From: Bryobacterales bacterium
GTDB taxonomy: Bacteria > Acidobacteriota > Terriglobia > Bryobacterales > UBA6623
Reading direction: 5' to 3'
Length of the DNA: 64,000 nucleotides
Assembly (NCBI GenBank): GCA_028819575.1
Contig: JAPPLB010000016.1
Location: forward strand, 1,770 to 65,769
The notes beneath the pieces are model-generated. The model ran no database searches. It was not told where the DNA came from and saw nothing but the letters and a program-made list of their open reading frames with translations. A program made the translations under genes and the position numbers. The stretch's first letter is position 1. Every line of letters starts with the position of its first letter. Below are positions 17,517-27,078 of the stretch, piece by piece.

Positions 17517-17669
17517 GCACCATCGAACCAACTGCAAGAAGGGTTATGTTTCTGTGACAAGGGGGCCGCTGTGCGGCTCCCTGTTGCTTTTGAGGCTTCA
17601 CACGCAGTTACGCTCGAAGGTAACCTGTGTAATGTTGCGCACGTAGGTTGGGAGAGAGGAGATTTTCAC

Positions 17670-18317
17670 ATGAGAACGAACGCCCTGCGGCCCATTCATA
17701 TCGGATTGGCCCTTCTGATCGCCATTCCGGCGCTGGCGGCGGACTTCTCCGTCGAGCAGGCCGGCGCGCCTCCGGCGGACGGAGTGCCGGAGGCCGTCAC
17801 GACCATGCTGCATGGCGAAGGCGTGCGCGTGAAGGACCCTGACGGCAAGGTCGTCGCCGAATTCTGGGGCCGGAAATCGGCGTTCGAAGGCGATCCAGCC
17901 TCAGGTTTCGGCATTCGGTTTACTACGATTCCGGAAGGCGCACTCGTGGGACTCGTTCAATTCCCCGACAAAGGCTCCGACTATCGCGAGCAGCACATTC
18001 CCCCCGGTATCTATACCCTGCGTTACGGGCTGCACCCCGAAGACGGCGACCACATGGGCGTTGCGCCCAGCAGGGATTTCGTACTGTTGACCCCGGCGGC
18101 AGCCGATACCGAGGCGAGCAGGAACTACGGGTTCGACGACTTGGTCGAGTTGAGCTACAAGGTCGGAAATTCGCACCCGACCGTTGCCCGGGCCGAGATG
18201 GCTGATGGCGACGGCAGCCCGAATATCTGGCAGAACGACCTGGAGCATTGGGTGGTCGACCTGAAGATGGTGGGAGAGCCGATCGGCATCGTCGTATATG
18301 GTCACGCGGACGAGTAG
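17670..18317 (+). CDS. Secreted hypothetical protein
   Basis: RBS GGAGAGAGGAG precedes the ATG. The signal peptide is MRTNALRPIHIGLALLIAIPALAA. No known motif was recognised. Confidence 0.7.
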   Translation: MRTNALRPIHIGLALLIAIPALAADFSVEQAGAPPADGVPEAVTTMLHGEGVRVKDPDGKVVAEFWGRKSAFEGDPASGFGIRFTTIPEGALVGLVQFPDKGSDYREQHIPPGIYTLRYGLHPEDGDHMGVAPSRDFVLLTPAAADTEASRNYGFDDLVELSYKVGNSHPTVARAEMADGDGSPNIWQNDLEHWVVDLKMVGEPIGIVVYGHADE

Positions 18318-18452
18318 AACCTTCTCCGCACGGGCAGCCGCTGTTTTGCTCTTCAACTCCCGTTGAGTTGACAAAGACGGCGGGCAGCCACGATTCTTAG
18401 AAGTTACCACTCGTTGGAACCGCTCCTTCGCGGTCCTCGCCCGGAGAAGGAA

Positions 18453-19535
18453 ATGTCACGGAATCGTTTTTGGATAGCCACTCTTGCGCTCTTTGCAGTC
18501 TGCTCGGCCGCACTGATTTCATGCGGTGTAGAACCCGAGGCTCCGATCTCATCGATGCCGGTTGGCGAAACGATAACCATCGCGGTTCCTCTGGGACTGC
18601 CGCCGGTTCCGGTGCCCGCTGACAACCCTCCGACCGTGGAGACCATCGCGCTGGGACGCCGGCTCTATTTCGACAAGCGCCTTTCCGTTGACGACTCGAT
18701 CTCGTGTGCATCCTGCCATCGGCACGATGCCGGATTCGCGGACCCGGATCAGTTTTCGAACGGCGTTGGCGGCAAGAAGGGCGGCCGGCAGGCGCCGACG
18801 GTAATCAACGCGGCGTATTTCACGACACAGTTCTGGGATGGCCGTTCGCCGAGCCTCGAGAACCAGGCCGAGGGGCCTGTCCAGAACCCGGTCGAGATGG
18901 CGAACACACTTGAGGCTGTAGAGAAGCAACTCGCCGAGGATGCCAGTTACGTCGAGGATTTCGAAAAGGCCTTCGGGTCAGGCGACATCACCTACGAGCG
19001 CATCGGGAAAGCCATCGCCAGCTTCGAGCGTACCGTCTTGAGCGGCAACTCACCGTTTGACCGTTACCTGTACGGCGGTGACGAGGATGCTCTCAGCGAG
19101 TCGGCCAAGCGGGGGTTGGAAGTGTTTCGCGATCCAGCGAAGGGCAATTGCGAAGTCTGCCATGCGATGGAAGAGGAGTATGCGCTCTTCACCGACGACA
19201 AGTTCCATAATCTGGGCGTCGGCGCCAACCTGGACGGGACGTTGCAGGACGTTGGCCGTTACAAAGAGACGGAAAACGACGCTGATCGTGGCGCGTTCAA
19301 GACTCCCGGCCTGCGGAATATCACCGAAACCGCGCCCTACATGCATGACGGCAGCTTGAAGACGCTGAAGGAAGTGATCGACTTCTACATCGGCGCCGGC
19401 AACTCGAATGAATGGCTCGACAAGGATCTCAAGGAACTCGACCACCTCACAGGACAGGAACGCGTGGACTTGGAAGAGTTCTTGAAGTCGCTCACCGCCG
19501 AGATGCCGGCGGACACGGGACCTCCCACGGACTAA
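18453..19535 (+). CDS. Di-haem cytochrome c peroxidase (CCP/MauG family), probable lipoprotein
   Basis: Two CxxCH haem motifs (CASCH, CEVCH) and the conserved PYMHDGS block. The N-terminus LFAVCSAALISCG is lipobox-like. Confidence 0.85.
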   Translation: MSRNRFWIATLALFAVCSAALISCGVEPEAPISSMPVGETITIAVPLGLPPVPVPADNPPTVETIALGRRLYFDKRLSVDDSISCASCHRHDAGFADPDQFSNGVGGKKGGRQAPTVINAAYFTTQFWDGRSPSLENQAEGPVQNPVEMANTLEAVEKQLAEDASYVEDFEKAFGSGDITYERIGKAIASFERTVLSGNSPFDRYLYGGDEDALSESAKRGLEVFRDPAKGNCEVCHAMEEEYALFTDDKFHNLGVGANLDGTLQDVGRYKETENDADRGAFKTPGLRNITETAPYMHDGSLKTLKEVIDFYIGAGNSNEWLDKDLKELDHLTGQERVDLEEFLKSLTAEMPADTGPPTD

Positions 19536-20827
19536 CGCCAGGGATCGACCCGGTTTTTTTCATCAGCGTAGAAGGTTTCCCAATCTTCGCCGGCGCGGCC
19601 GTTCAGGTCCCACTCCACATGGCCACCCTTGATCGTCAACTCGGCGGTCAGGAGTTTGTTGCCTTTGAGCGTGATGCGCCGGACGTCGAGAAAACCGAAG
19701 TCCCCCTCCTCGAGCCGCAGCACGGTCACGTCGGCGATGGCGCCTTCGCTGAGGTGGCCGAGTTCGGTGCGCTTGATGACCTCGGCTGGTTTCCAGGTCG
19801 ACATGCGGATGACCTCCTCGAGCGATGAGCCGAGATTGAGGACCTTCGACATGACGTTGGTCATGTCCTTCATGCCGGCATTCATGCTGCCGGTGTGGAG
19901 ATCGGTCGAGATGATGTCGGGCGGGAAGCCCTGCTCGTAAGCGGGAACGGCCACGCGCCAGGTGAAGCTGCCGCCTCCATGGCCGATGTCGAATATGATG
20001 CCGCGCTCGCGGCCCTGGAACATCGACGGATTGATCTTGCCCTCATCGGTCAGCTCAACACGCAACCCCGAGTACATGTGCGTATAGATGTCGCCGGGGC
20101 GGAGCTTTTCGAGGTAGAGTTCCCCGATCGGACGTTCCTTGGGATGGTTGGCTCCGAAGTCGACCATGACCGGAATATCCGCGAGGCCGGCCGCCTCGAC
20201 GGCTCGCTCGACGGAAACCCATTCGGGCCCGGAATAGTGCGCGGTCTTGACGCCTACGATGATGTCGGGGTATTTCTTGGCCATCGCGGCGATTTTTTCG
20301 GGCTCCATGTCTTCGGGGTTGTCCTCGCCTTCAGGTCCCATACCGCCCCCGGCGACGTTCAGCATGACCAGCACTCGCGTCCTGGAGCGGTCGATGACGC
20401 GGTCCTTGAAGTCCTCGAAGTTGCGATGCCCGGAGCTGCCGACATCGACGAGCGTCGTGCAGCCGGATCGAAAGCTGAAGTGATCGGGGTAGACACTGCT
20501 GTCTCCGGTAAGCACGCGGGGGATTCCGGTTCCGGCGTAGACGTGAGCGTGCAGATCGATCAGGCCGGGTGTGACGTACAGGCCGCTGACATCGACGACC
20601 TTTCCGGCGCGGTCCTCGGGCAGGCTTTCGCGGACGGCGACGATCTTTCCCTCATCAATCGCGACATCCATCGGGGCGCTGATCTCGTTCTTGGGATCGA
20701 TGACGTGCCCTCCCTTGAGAAGCATGCCGTACGACTCGGGTAGAGCCTCGCCACATCCGTAGCCGGCTAGCAGGGCGACCACAGTAAGGAGGCAAACGCA
20801 GGCTTGTTTCTTCATGGGGTTGAACAT
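19532..20827 (-). CDS. Exported amidohydrolase-superfamily metallohydrolase, paralog 1 (subtype I)
   Basis: LIDLHAHVY (HxH), VGVKTAHY (Lys), YTHMY, FDIGHGGGSF, STDLH and an N-terminal hydrophobic signal. An alternative start is the ATG at 20815. Confidence 0.85.
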   Translation of the reverse strand: MFNPMKKQACVCLLTVVALLAGYGCGEALPESYGMLLKGGHVIDPKNEISAPMDVAIDEGKIVAVRESLPEDRAGKVVDVSGLYVTPGLIDLHAHVYAGTGIPRVLTGDSSVYPDHFSFRSGCTTLVDVGSSGHRNFEDFKDRVIDRSRTRVLVMLNVAGGGMGPEGEDNPEDMEPEKIAAMAKKYPDIIVGVKTAHYSGPEWVSVERAVEAAGLADIPVMVDFGANHPKERPIGELYLEKLRPGDIYTHMYSGLRVELTDEGKINPSMFQGRERGIIFDIGHGGGSFTWRVAVPAYEQGFPPDIISTDLHTGSMNAGMKDMTNVMSKVLNLGSSLEEVIRMSTWKPAEVIKRTELGHLSEGAIADVTVLRLEEGDFGFLDVRRITLKGNKLLTAELTIKGGHVEWDLNGRAGEDWETFYADEKNRVDPWR

Positions 20828-20861
20828 CCTTCCGTAATGCGTTGCGGTGGATCGGATATCG

Positions 20862-22103
20862 CTACATCAAGCCGTAAGCCTCGCGATAATCGGTGGCGGT
20901 TCGGCCGTTGAGGTCCCAGGCGACTTGGCCGTCGCGGATCGTCATTTCGCAGACCAGCAGCTTCGTGGCCATGAGACGGGCTCTCTGGGCGTCGACGAGG
21001 CCGAAACGGCCGTGATCAAGCCGCAGGACGGCGATATCGGCGACGGCTCCTTCGCTGAGGTGGCCGAGCCCGCTGCGTTTCATTTGTTGCGCCGGGTTCC
21101 AGGTGGACATCTTGATTACGTCATAAAGCGGCACGCCCTGGCTGAGGATCTTCGACATGACATTGGTCATGTCCTTCATGCCGGCGTTCATGCTTCCGAT
21201 GTGCAGGTCGGTCGAGATCGAGTCGGGCCAAAAGCCTTGACGGATCGCGGGGACGGCGTTTTTCCATGAGAAGCTGCCGCCGCCGTGGCCCACATCGAAC
21301 TTGACGCCGCGCTTGCGTGCCTGAGCGAGGTAAGGCAGCAGCTTGTGCTTGTCGTCCACGTACGGCACTTGTCGTTTGTACCCGTGCGTGTAGATGTCAC
21401 CGGGCCGCAGGTGGTCGAGAACGAGTTCCTGGAAGGGTCGGGCTTCATGAAACGTACCGAAGTCGATCATGACGGGCAGGTCGGTCAGTTTGCCGGCCTC
21501 GACGGCTTTGTCGACGGAGGTCCACTCGGGCCCGTGGAAGTGCGCCGATTTGATGCCCACGATGGTGTCGGGGTATTCCTTAGCTCGTTTCGCGGTGGCT
21601 TTGGGGTCCATGTCAGACGTATCCTGCTCGATATTGTTGCGGCCGGCCATGCCCTTTCCCACGATGTTGAGCAGCGCGAGGACGCGGGTCTTCGAAATGT
21701 CGATGACACGGTTCTTGAAGTCAGGGAAGTTGGTCCAACCCGAGCTGCCCGCATCGACGACCGTGGTCACGCCGCTGCGGAAGGTAAAACCGTCGGGGTA
21801 GACACTCCGGTCGCCGGTGTAGGAATTCTTGTTCCCCGTACCGGTATAGACGTGAACGTGGATGTCAACGAGCCCCGGCGTCACGTAGAAACCGGAGACG
21901 TCAACGGTCATCTTGGCATCCGTGGGGGATATGCTTTCAGCGACACGGGCAATCTTGTTTCCCGAGACGGCTACGTCCATCGGGGCGTTGATGCCGTTGC
22001 GAGGGTCGATGACGTTGCCGCCCTTCAGCAACAGGTCGTATGTCTGGGACATCAGCGAACACGGGATCAGCAGGAGTCCGATCAAGAGCGTGGAAAGTTT
22101 CAT
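20862..22103 (-). CDS. Exported amidohydrolase-superfamily metallohydrolase, paralog 2 (subtype II)
   Basis: Signal peptide MKLSTLLIGLLLIPCSLMSQ. Motifs VDIHVHVY, VGIKSAHF, FDVGHGGGSF, STDLH. Confidence 0.85.
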   Translation of the reverse strand: MKLSTLLIGLLLIPCSLMSQTYDLLLKGGNVIDPRNGINAPMDVAVSGNKIARVAESISPTDAKMTVDVSGFYVTPGLVDIHVHVYTGTGNKNSYTGDRSVYPDGFTFRSGVTTVVDAGSSGWTNFPDFKNRVIDISKTRVLALLNIVGKGMAGRNNIEQDTSDMDPKATAKRAKEYPDTIVGIKSAHFHGPEWTSVDKAVEAGKLTDLPVMIDFGTFHEARPFQELVLDHLRPGDIYTHGYKRQVPYVDDKHKLLPYLAQARKRGVKFDVGHGGGSFSWKNAVPAIRQGFWPDSISTDLHIGSMNAGMKDMTNVMSKILSQGVPLYDVIKMSTWNPAQQMKRSGLGHLSEGAVADIAVLRLDHGRFGLVDAQRARLMATKLLVCEMTIRDGQVAWDLNGRTATDYREAYGLM

Positions 22104-22164
22104 GCGTGCATCCTTTCTGTCTATCAGTGCCTATCGTGTCGGCGTGTCGCCGGTGCATTGACGG

Positions 22165-23430
22165 TTACGGACGGCGGCCTCGCCTGCGTTGCCTGCTTCG
22201 GTAGAAGTCCGTCCAGTCCAGGCTGGCGCGGGCATTGACGTCCCAGGCGATGCGGCCACCGTAGATGGTCATCTCGGCGGCGATTTTCTTGTCGCCCTCC
22301 AAGCGGCCGTTGCGCACGTCGAGAAAACCAAACTCGCCCCGGTCGACGCGCAGTACGGCGACGTCGGCAGGAGCTCCGACGCTGAGATGTCCGAATTCGA
22401 GCCGCTTGATCTGTTGCGCGGGATTCCAGGTCGACATCTTGACTACGTCGTAAAGCGAGATACCCCGGTTGAGGATCTTCGACATCACGTTGGTCATGTC
22501 TTTCATGCCGCGATTCATGCTGCCGATGTGGAGGTCGGTCGAGATCGAGTCGGGAACCCAGCCCTGATCGATGGCCGGAACGGCCTGCTTCCAGAGGAAG
22601 CTGCCGCCGCCATGGCCCACGTCGAACTTGACGCCGCGCTTGCGGGCCTCGTGAAGATAGGGGCGCAGCTTGCCGTTCGCGTCGAGCATGGGAACGCGGC
22701 CCAGATACATGTGGGTATACATGTCACCGGGGCGAAGGCGCTTGGTGACGAGTTCCTCGAAGGGCCGCTCGTCGGTGAATGTACCGAAGTCGACCATGAC
22801 GGGAATGTTCGCCAACCTGCCGGCTTCGACGGCGCGGTCGACTGCGATCCAATCCGGCGCACTGTAATGGGCGGTTTTTATCCCGACGATCGTGTCGGGA
22901 TATTTCCCGGCCATCTCGGCGGTCGCTTTGGCGTCCATGTCGTCGGTGTTCTGCTCGATCTCACCGCCCCCCATACCTTTGCCGACGATATTCAGCATGG
23001 CGAGAATTCGCGTCCGCTGACGGTCGATGATTCGGTCCTTGAAGTCCTCGAAATTGCGCCATCCCGAGCTGCCCACGTCGACGACCGTCGTCACGCCGCT
23101 GCGGGAGCAGTGGCCGTCTGGATAAACGCTGTTGTCTCCTGAATAGGCGCCGCGCATCCCCGTGCCGGCGTAGACGTGGACGTGGATGTCGACCAGGCCT
23201 GGCGTCACGTAGAAGCCGGAGACATCGATGCTCCGGCGGGCTTCGACGGGATCGATCGCAGGAGCAACCCGTGCGACTTTTCCGTTTTTCATGGCGACGT
23301 CCATCGTTGTGTTCAGGTGGTTCTTTGGATCGATAACGTGGCCGCCTTTGAGGAGCAGATCGTAAGGGGCGTCTGCATGGAGAGCGCCGGTGGCGATCAT
23401 GAGCGCGATGATGAAGTGTATGGGTTTCAT
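22165..23430 (-). CDS. Exported amidohydrolase-superfamily metallohydrolase, paralog 3 (subtype II)
   Basis: Signal peptide MKPIHFIIALMIATGALHA. Motifs VDIHVHVY, VGIKTAHY, FDVGHGGGSF, STDLH. Confidence 0.85.
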   Translation of the reverse strand: MKPIHFIIALMIATGALHADAPYDLLLKGGHVIDPKNHLNTTMDVAMKNGKVARVAPAIDPVEARRSIDVSGFYVTPGLVDIHVHVYAGTGMRGAYSGDNSVYPDGHCSRSGVTTVVDVGSSGWRNFEDFKDRIIDRQRTRILAMLNIVGKGMGGGEIEQNTDDMDAKATAEMAGKYPDTIVGIKTAHYSAPDWIAVDRAVEAGRLANIPVMVDFGTFTDERPFEELVTKRLRPGDMYTHMYLGRVPMLDANGKLRPYLHEARKRGVKFDVGHGGGSFLWKQAVPAIDQGWVPDSISTDLHIGSMNRGMKDMTNVMSKILNRGISLYDVVKMSTWNPAQQIKRLEFGHLSVGAPADVAVLRVDRGEFGFLDVRNGRLEGDKKIAAEMTIYGGRIAWDVNARASLDWTDFYRSRQRRRGRRP

Positions 23431-23458
23431 GGTGATGTCTCCCGCTTTGTCGTCTGTC

Positions 23459-24715
23459 CTATCGCCGTGGGCGTCGCCGCTCCCTCACATCCTTCCAGTG
23501 GACGCCGGCTCGTCCGTTCAAGTCCCACCGGACCTCTCCTTCTCGTAAGGTCAACTCGCATTCGAGCAGCTTGTTTCCCGTGAGGCGGGCTCCCCGCGAA
23601 TCGGCGAACCCGTAGACGCCGCGCTCATCACGGAAGACGGCCACATCGGCCACGGCGCCTTCGCTCAGGTGTCCGAGGTCGGTTCGCTTGATTTGATGGG
23701 CGGGGTTGCTGGTGGACATTTTGATGACGTCGTAGAGCGGAACATCGAGGTTGTAGATCTTCGAGACGGTGCGGATCATCGTCTGCATGCCGCGGTTCAT
23801 GCTGCCGATGTGCAGATCGGTGGAAATGGAGTCGGGCGGAAAGCCTTGTCGCAACGCTGCTACCGCGACGTTCCAGCGGAAGCTGCCGCCTCCATGGCCG
23901 ATGTCGAAGTAGACGCCGCGCTGGCGGCCCGCGAACATGCCCGGGTTGATCTTGCCGGATTCGGAGATCAACTCATCTCGGTTGCCGGAGAAGCAATGCG
24001 TGTAGATGTCGCCCGGCCGTAGTTTCTTGGTCAGCAGATCGGCGAGGGGGCGCGTTTCGGGATGATTGCTTCCGAAGTCGATCATGACAGGAATATCCGC
24101 CAACCGGCCTGCTTCAACGGCGCGCTCGACGGAAGTCCAATCGGGGTGTCGATAGTGTGCGCTCTTGACCCCAACGATCATATCCGGATATTTTTTCGCC
24201 ATCCTGGCCGTCGCCTCGGGGTCCATCTCTCGGATGTCATGCTCTTCATCGCCGCTGGTCATGCCTGCGCTGATGATATTGAGCATCGCGAGAACGCGCG
24301 TCTGGGAGCGGTCGATGACGCGGTCCTTGAAATCCTCGAACTGTTCCCAGCCGGAACTGCCGACGTCGACGACGGTGGTGACGCCCGAGCGCAAGGTAAA
24401 ACCGTCCGGGTAGACGCTGTTGTCGCCGTTGTAGCCGCGCCGCGCGCCGGTGCCGGCGTAGACATGCACGTGGATATCGACCAGACCGGGGGTTACGTAG
24501 AGCCCGGAGACATCGACGACTTTCTCGGCCGCGGATTCGGGGATGTTGACGGCGACCCGGGCGATTTTCCCATCCTTGATGCCAACGTCCTGGGCGGAGT
24601 TGATTTCGTTGAGAGGGTCGATTACGTGACCACCCTTGAGCAGCATGTCGAACTGGGCTTGTGCAAGGGTGGGTCCCGCCAACAACAAAGCGACTGCCAG
24701 GGTCAGGGTTTTCAT
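23459..24715 (-). CDS. Exported amidohydrolase-superfamily metallohydrolase, paralog 4 (subtype I)
   Basis: The start is set at the internal ATG, giving MKTLTLAVALLLAGPTLAQA and avoiding overlap with paralog 5. Motifs VDIHVHVY, VGVKSAHY, FDIGHGGGSF, STDLH. Confidence 0.8.
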   Translation of the reverse strand: MKTLTLAVALLLAGPTLAQAQFDMLLKGGHVIDPLNEINSAQDVGIKDGKIARVAVNIPESAAEKVVDVSGLYVTPGLVDIHVHVYAGTGARRGYNGDNSVYPDGFTLRSGVTTVVDVGSSGWEQFEDFKDRVIDRSQTRVLAMLNIISAGMTSGDEEHDIREMDPEATARMAKKYPDMIVGVKSAHYRHPDWTSVERAVEAGRLADIPVMIDFGSNHPETRPLADLLTKKLRPGDIYTHCFSGNRDELISESGKINPGMFAGRQRGVYFDIGHGGGSFRWNVAVAALRQGFPPDSISTDLHIGSMNRGMQTMIRTVSKIYNLDVPLYDVIKMSTSNPAHQIKRTDLGHLSEGAVADVAVFRDERGVYGFADSRGARLTGNKLLECELTLREGEVRWDLNGRAGVHWKDVRERRRPRR

Positions 24716-24762
24716 TTGCGATACGCCTCCAAGTAGCTTCGGTGTGCGCCGATCGAGTGAAC

Positions 24763-26007
24763 CTACCGGCCGCTCGTCTGAACCTCTTCCCACGGCGTGC
24801 CGGCGCGCCCGTTGAGATCCCACATGACTTTGCCGTCACGCAGCGTAAGTTCACAGGTGAGCAGTTGATCGCCCTCATAGCGTGCGTTCCTGATGTCAAG
24901 GAACCCGAATTTCCCGTTGTCCAGGCGAAAGACGGCAACGTCCGCGACGGCGCCGATGCTGAGGTGTCCCAGCTCAGTGCGCTTGATCTGCTTCGCTGGT
25001 TCCCAGGTGGACTTGCGCACCACATCCTTGAGCGGCAGGCCGAGCGCCAGGAACTTCGACATGACATTGGTCATGTTCTTCATGCCGCCGTTCATGCTGC
25101 GGAAGTGCAGGTCGGTAGAGATGGAATCGGCGATGAAGCCGTTTTTCACGGACGGCACGGCCTGGAACCACCAGAAGCTGCCTGCGCCGTGGCCCACATC
25201 GAACTTGACTCCCCGTTTCTGTGCTTCAAAGAGATAAGGGCGAGGTTTGCCTTGCTCATCGAGCAGGGGCACCCGGCCGAGATAAGTATGCGTATACATG
25301 TCGCCGGGCCGCAGTTTCTTCGTCACGAGTTCTTCAAAGGGTCGCTCCTTGAGAAAAGAGCCGAAATCGACCATAACCGGGATGTCGGCCTTCGTGCCCG
25401 CTTCAACCGCGCGCTCAACGGGAATCCATTCCGTGCTTCTGTAGTGAGCAGTTTTCACGCCGACGATGGTTTCGGGGTATTGCATGGCCATCTTGGCGGT
25501 GGCAGCGGCATCCATGTCGTCGAGATTCTGCTCGATCGGGTCTCCGCCCATGCCTCTGCCGACAATATTGAGCATGGCGAGGACTCGGGTGCGGGCGCGG
25601 TCGATGACACGTTGCTTGAAGTCGGGGAAGTTGCGCCATCCGGAACTGCCGACATCCACCATCGTGGTTACGCCTGAGCGGAACGAGAAGCCGTCAGGAT
25701 AGACGCTGTTGTCGCCGGAAAAAGCATTCTTCATGCCCGTGCCGGCGTAGACATGCACGTGGATATCGACCAGCCCGGGCGTGACGTACAGGCCGCTGAT
25801 GTCAACCACCTTCGCGGCTCGGGAAGGATCGATGCTGTCGGCGACCTCTGCGATACGGCCTTCCTGGATAGCGACATCCTTCGCCTCATCGATCTCGTTC
25901 TTGGCGTCGACCAGGTGACCGCCCTTGAGCAGCAGGTCATATTGAGCGAAGAGCGAGCCTGTCAGCAGGCAGACAAGGAACAATGGCCGCAACAGAAGAT
26001 TCGTCAT
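24763..26007 (-). CDS. Exported amidohydrolase-superfamily metallohydrolase, paralog 5 (subtype II)
   Basis: Signal peptide MTNLLLRPLFLVCLLTGSLFA. Motifs VDIHVHVY, VGVKTAHY, FDVGHGAGSF, STDLH. Confidence 0.85.
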   Translation of the reverse strand: MTNLLLRPLFLVCLLTGSLFAQYDLLLKGGHLVDAKNEIDEAKDVAIQEGRIAEVADSIDPSRAAKVVDISGLYVTPGLVDIHVHVYAGTGMKNAFSGDNSVYPDGFSFRSGVTTMVDVGSSGWRNFPDFKQRVIDRARTRVLAMLNIVGRGMGGDPIEQNLDDMDAAATAKMAMQYPETIVGVKTAHYRSTEWIPVERAVEAGTKADIPVMVDFGSFLKERPFEELVTKKLRPGDMYTHTYLGRVPLLDEQGKPRPYLFEAQKRGVKFDVGHGAGSFWWFQAVPSVKNGFIADSISTDLHFRSMNGGMKNMTNVMSKFLALGLPLKDVVRKSTWEPAKQIKRTELGHLSIGAVADVAVFRLDNGKFGFLDIRNARYEGDQLLTCELTLRDGKVMWDLNGRAGTPWEEVQTSGR

Positions 26008-26187
26008 ATTGCTTCAACTCCCTCGTGGTGGAGCCTCATGATCGCAACCTGACCGACAGCAACGTATACCATTCTCGAAGTTTGCGGGACGGAGCAGGTA
26101 TGTATAATGAGACGCTTGATCGGGGCACCTTGCACCTGCACACACCTTCCCGGCGGACCCCAACATCCACCTCAAACCGGAGCCTTC

Positions 26188-26988
26188 ATGGACTTCCAGA
26201 AGATACTCCTACGCCGCGTCGGCAAAGCGATTCACGACTATAACATGATCCGCGAGGGGGACCGGGTCGCGATCGGAGTTTCGGGTGGGAAGGATTCCCT
26301 GGCTCTGCTGGACGCCCTGTTGTCATTACGCAAGAGATCTCCGGTTCGCTATAGTCTGCAGGCGTTCACCGTCGAGCAGGGCAAGTTCGTGAGGCCCATT
26401 GCGCCGCTCGGCGAGCACATGAAGGCGAGGGGCGTGCCGTGGACCTACTATCGGGACGAACCGTCCTTCCGTCTTCTCGAAGAGCAGCCGGAGCATGGGT
26501 GCGACATCTGCAGCCGCTATCGGCGGCGGGCTGTCTATGACATCGCGTCGCAATTGGGCGCCAATGTCGTTGCGCTGGGCCATACGCAAGACGATTTTTG
26601 TGAGGCGCTGCTTCGCAACACGCTTTACACGGGTCGTCTGAGTGCTCTGCCGGCGCTGACGAATTCTCGTTCGGGTGATTTTCGGCTTATCCGCCCTCTC
26701 GTGTATGTCTCCGAGGAAGTCACGCAGGGCTACGCCGAGCGGCAGTCCATACCAGTCACGCCGTGCGTGTGCTCCCACAAGACGGGCACCGTGCGCGAAA
26801 GGCTGCGCGGCTTCCTCACGGAGACGAAGAAGGAGACCCCGCACGTTCTCGAGAACATTCTTTCCGCCATGCAGCGCATTGACACTCCCCGGCTGCTCGA
26901 CCGCCGTTTCCTCGATGACAACACCGATAGATTCGAGGCAATCCCCACCTCCGATCCATTGCCGGTTTTGGTTGAAGAAACCCTGTAA
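26188..26988 (+). CDS. ttcA: PP-loop ATPase, tRNA 2-thiocytidine biosynthesis TtcA family
   Basis: SGGKDS PP-loop, CDICSRYRR and CVCSHK cysteine motifs. The start is set at the ATG giving MDFQKILLRRVGKAIHDY. Confidence 0.75.
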   Translation: MDFQKILLRRVGKAIHDYNMIREGDRVAIGVSGGKDSLALLDALLSLRKRSPVRYSLQAFTVEQGKFVRPIAPLGEHMKARGVPWTYYRDEPSFRLLEEQPEHGCDICSRYRRRAVYDIASQLGANVVALGHTQDDFCEALLRNTLYTGRLSALPALTNSRSGDFRLIRPLVYVSEEVTQGYAERQSIPVTPCVCSHKTGTVRERLRGFLTETKKETPHVLENILSAMQRIDTPRLLDRRFLDDNTDRFEAIPTSDPLPVLVEETL

Positions 26989-27078
26989 GTTTTTGTTTAA
27001 TTTTTGTTTAAAATCGGTTTGTGACACCTGCCGGATCAGTTTCCCTTCCTTTGGTCTTTGTCAAAATACTAGGACCTT

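Noticed and set aside
23459-24823. Longer form of amidohydrolase paralog 4 starting at 24823
   Set aside because: The first 36 codons (MGSQRARRHAVGRGSDERP...) overlap the 3' end of paralog 5 and precede a clean signal peptide that starts at the ATG at 24715.
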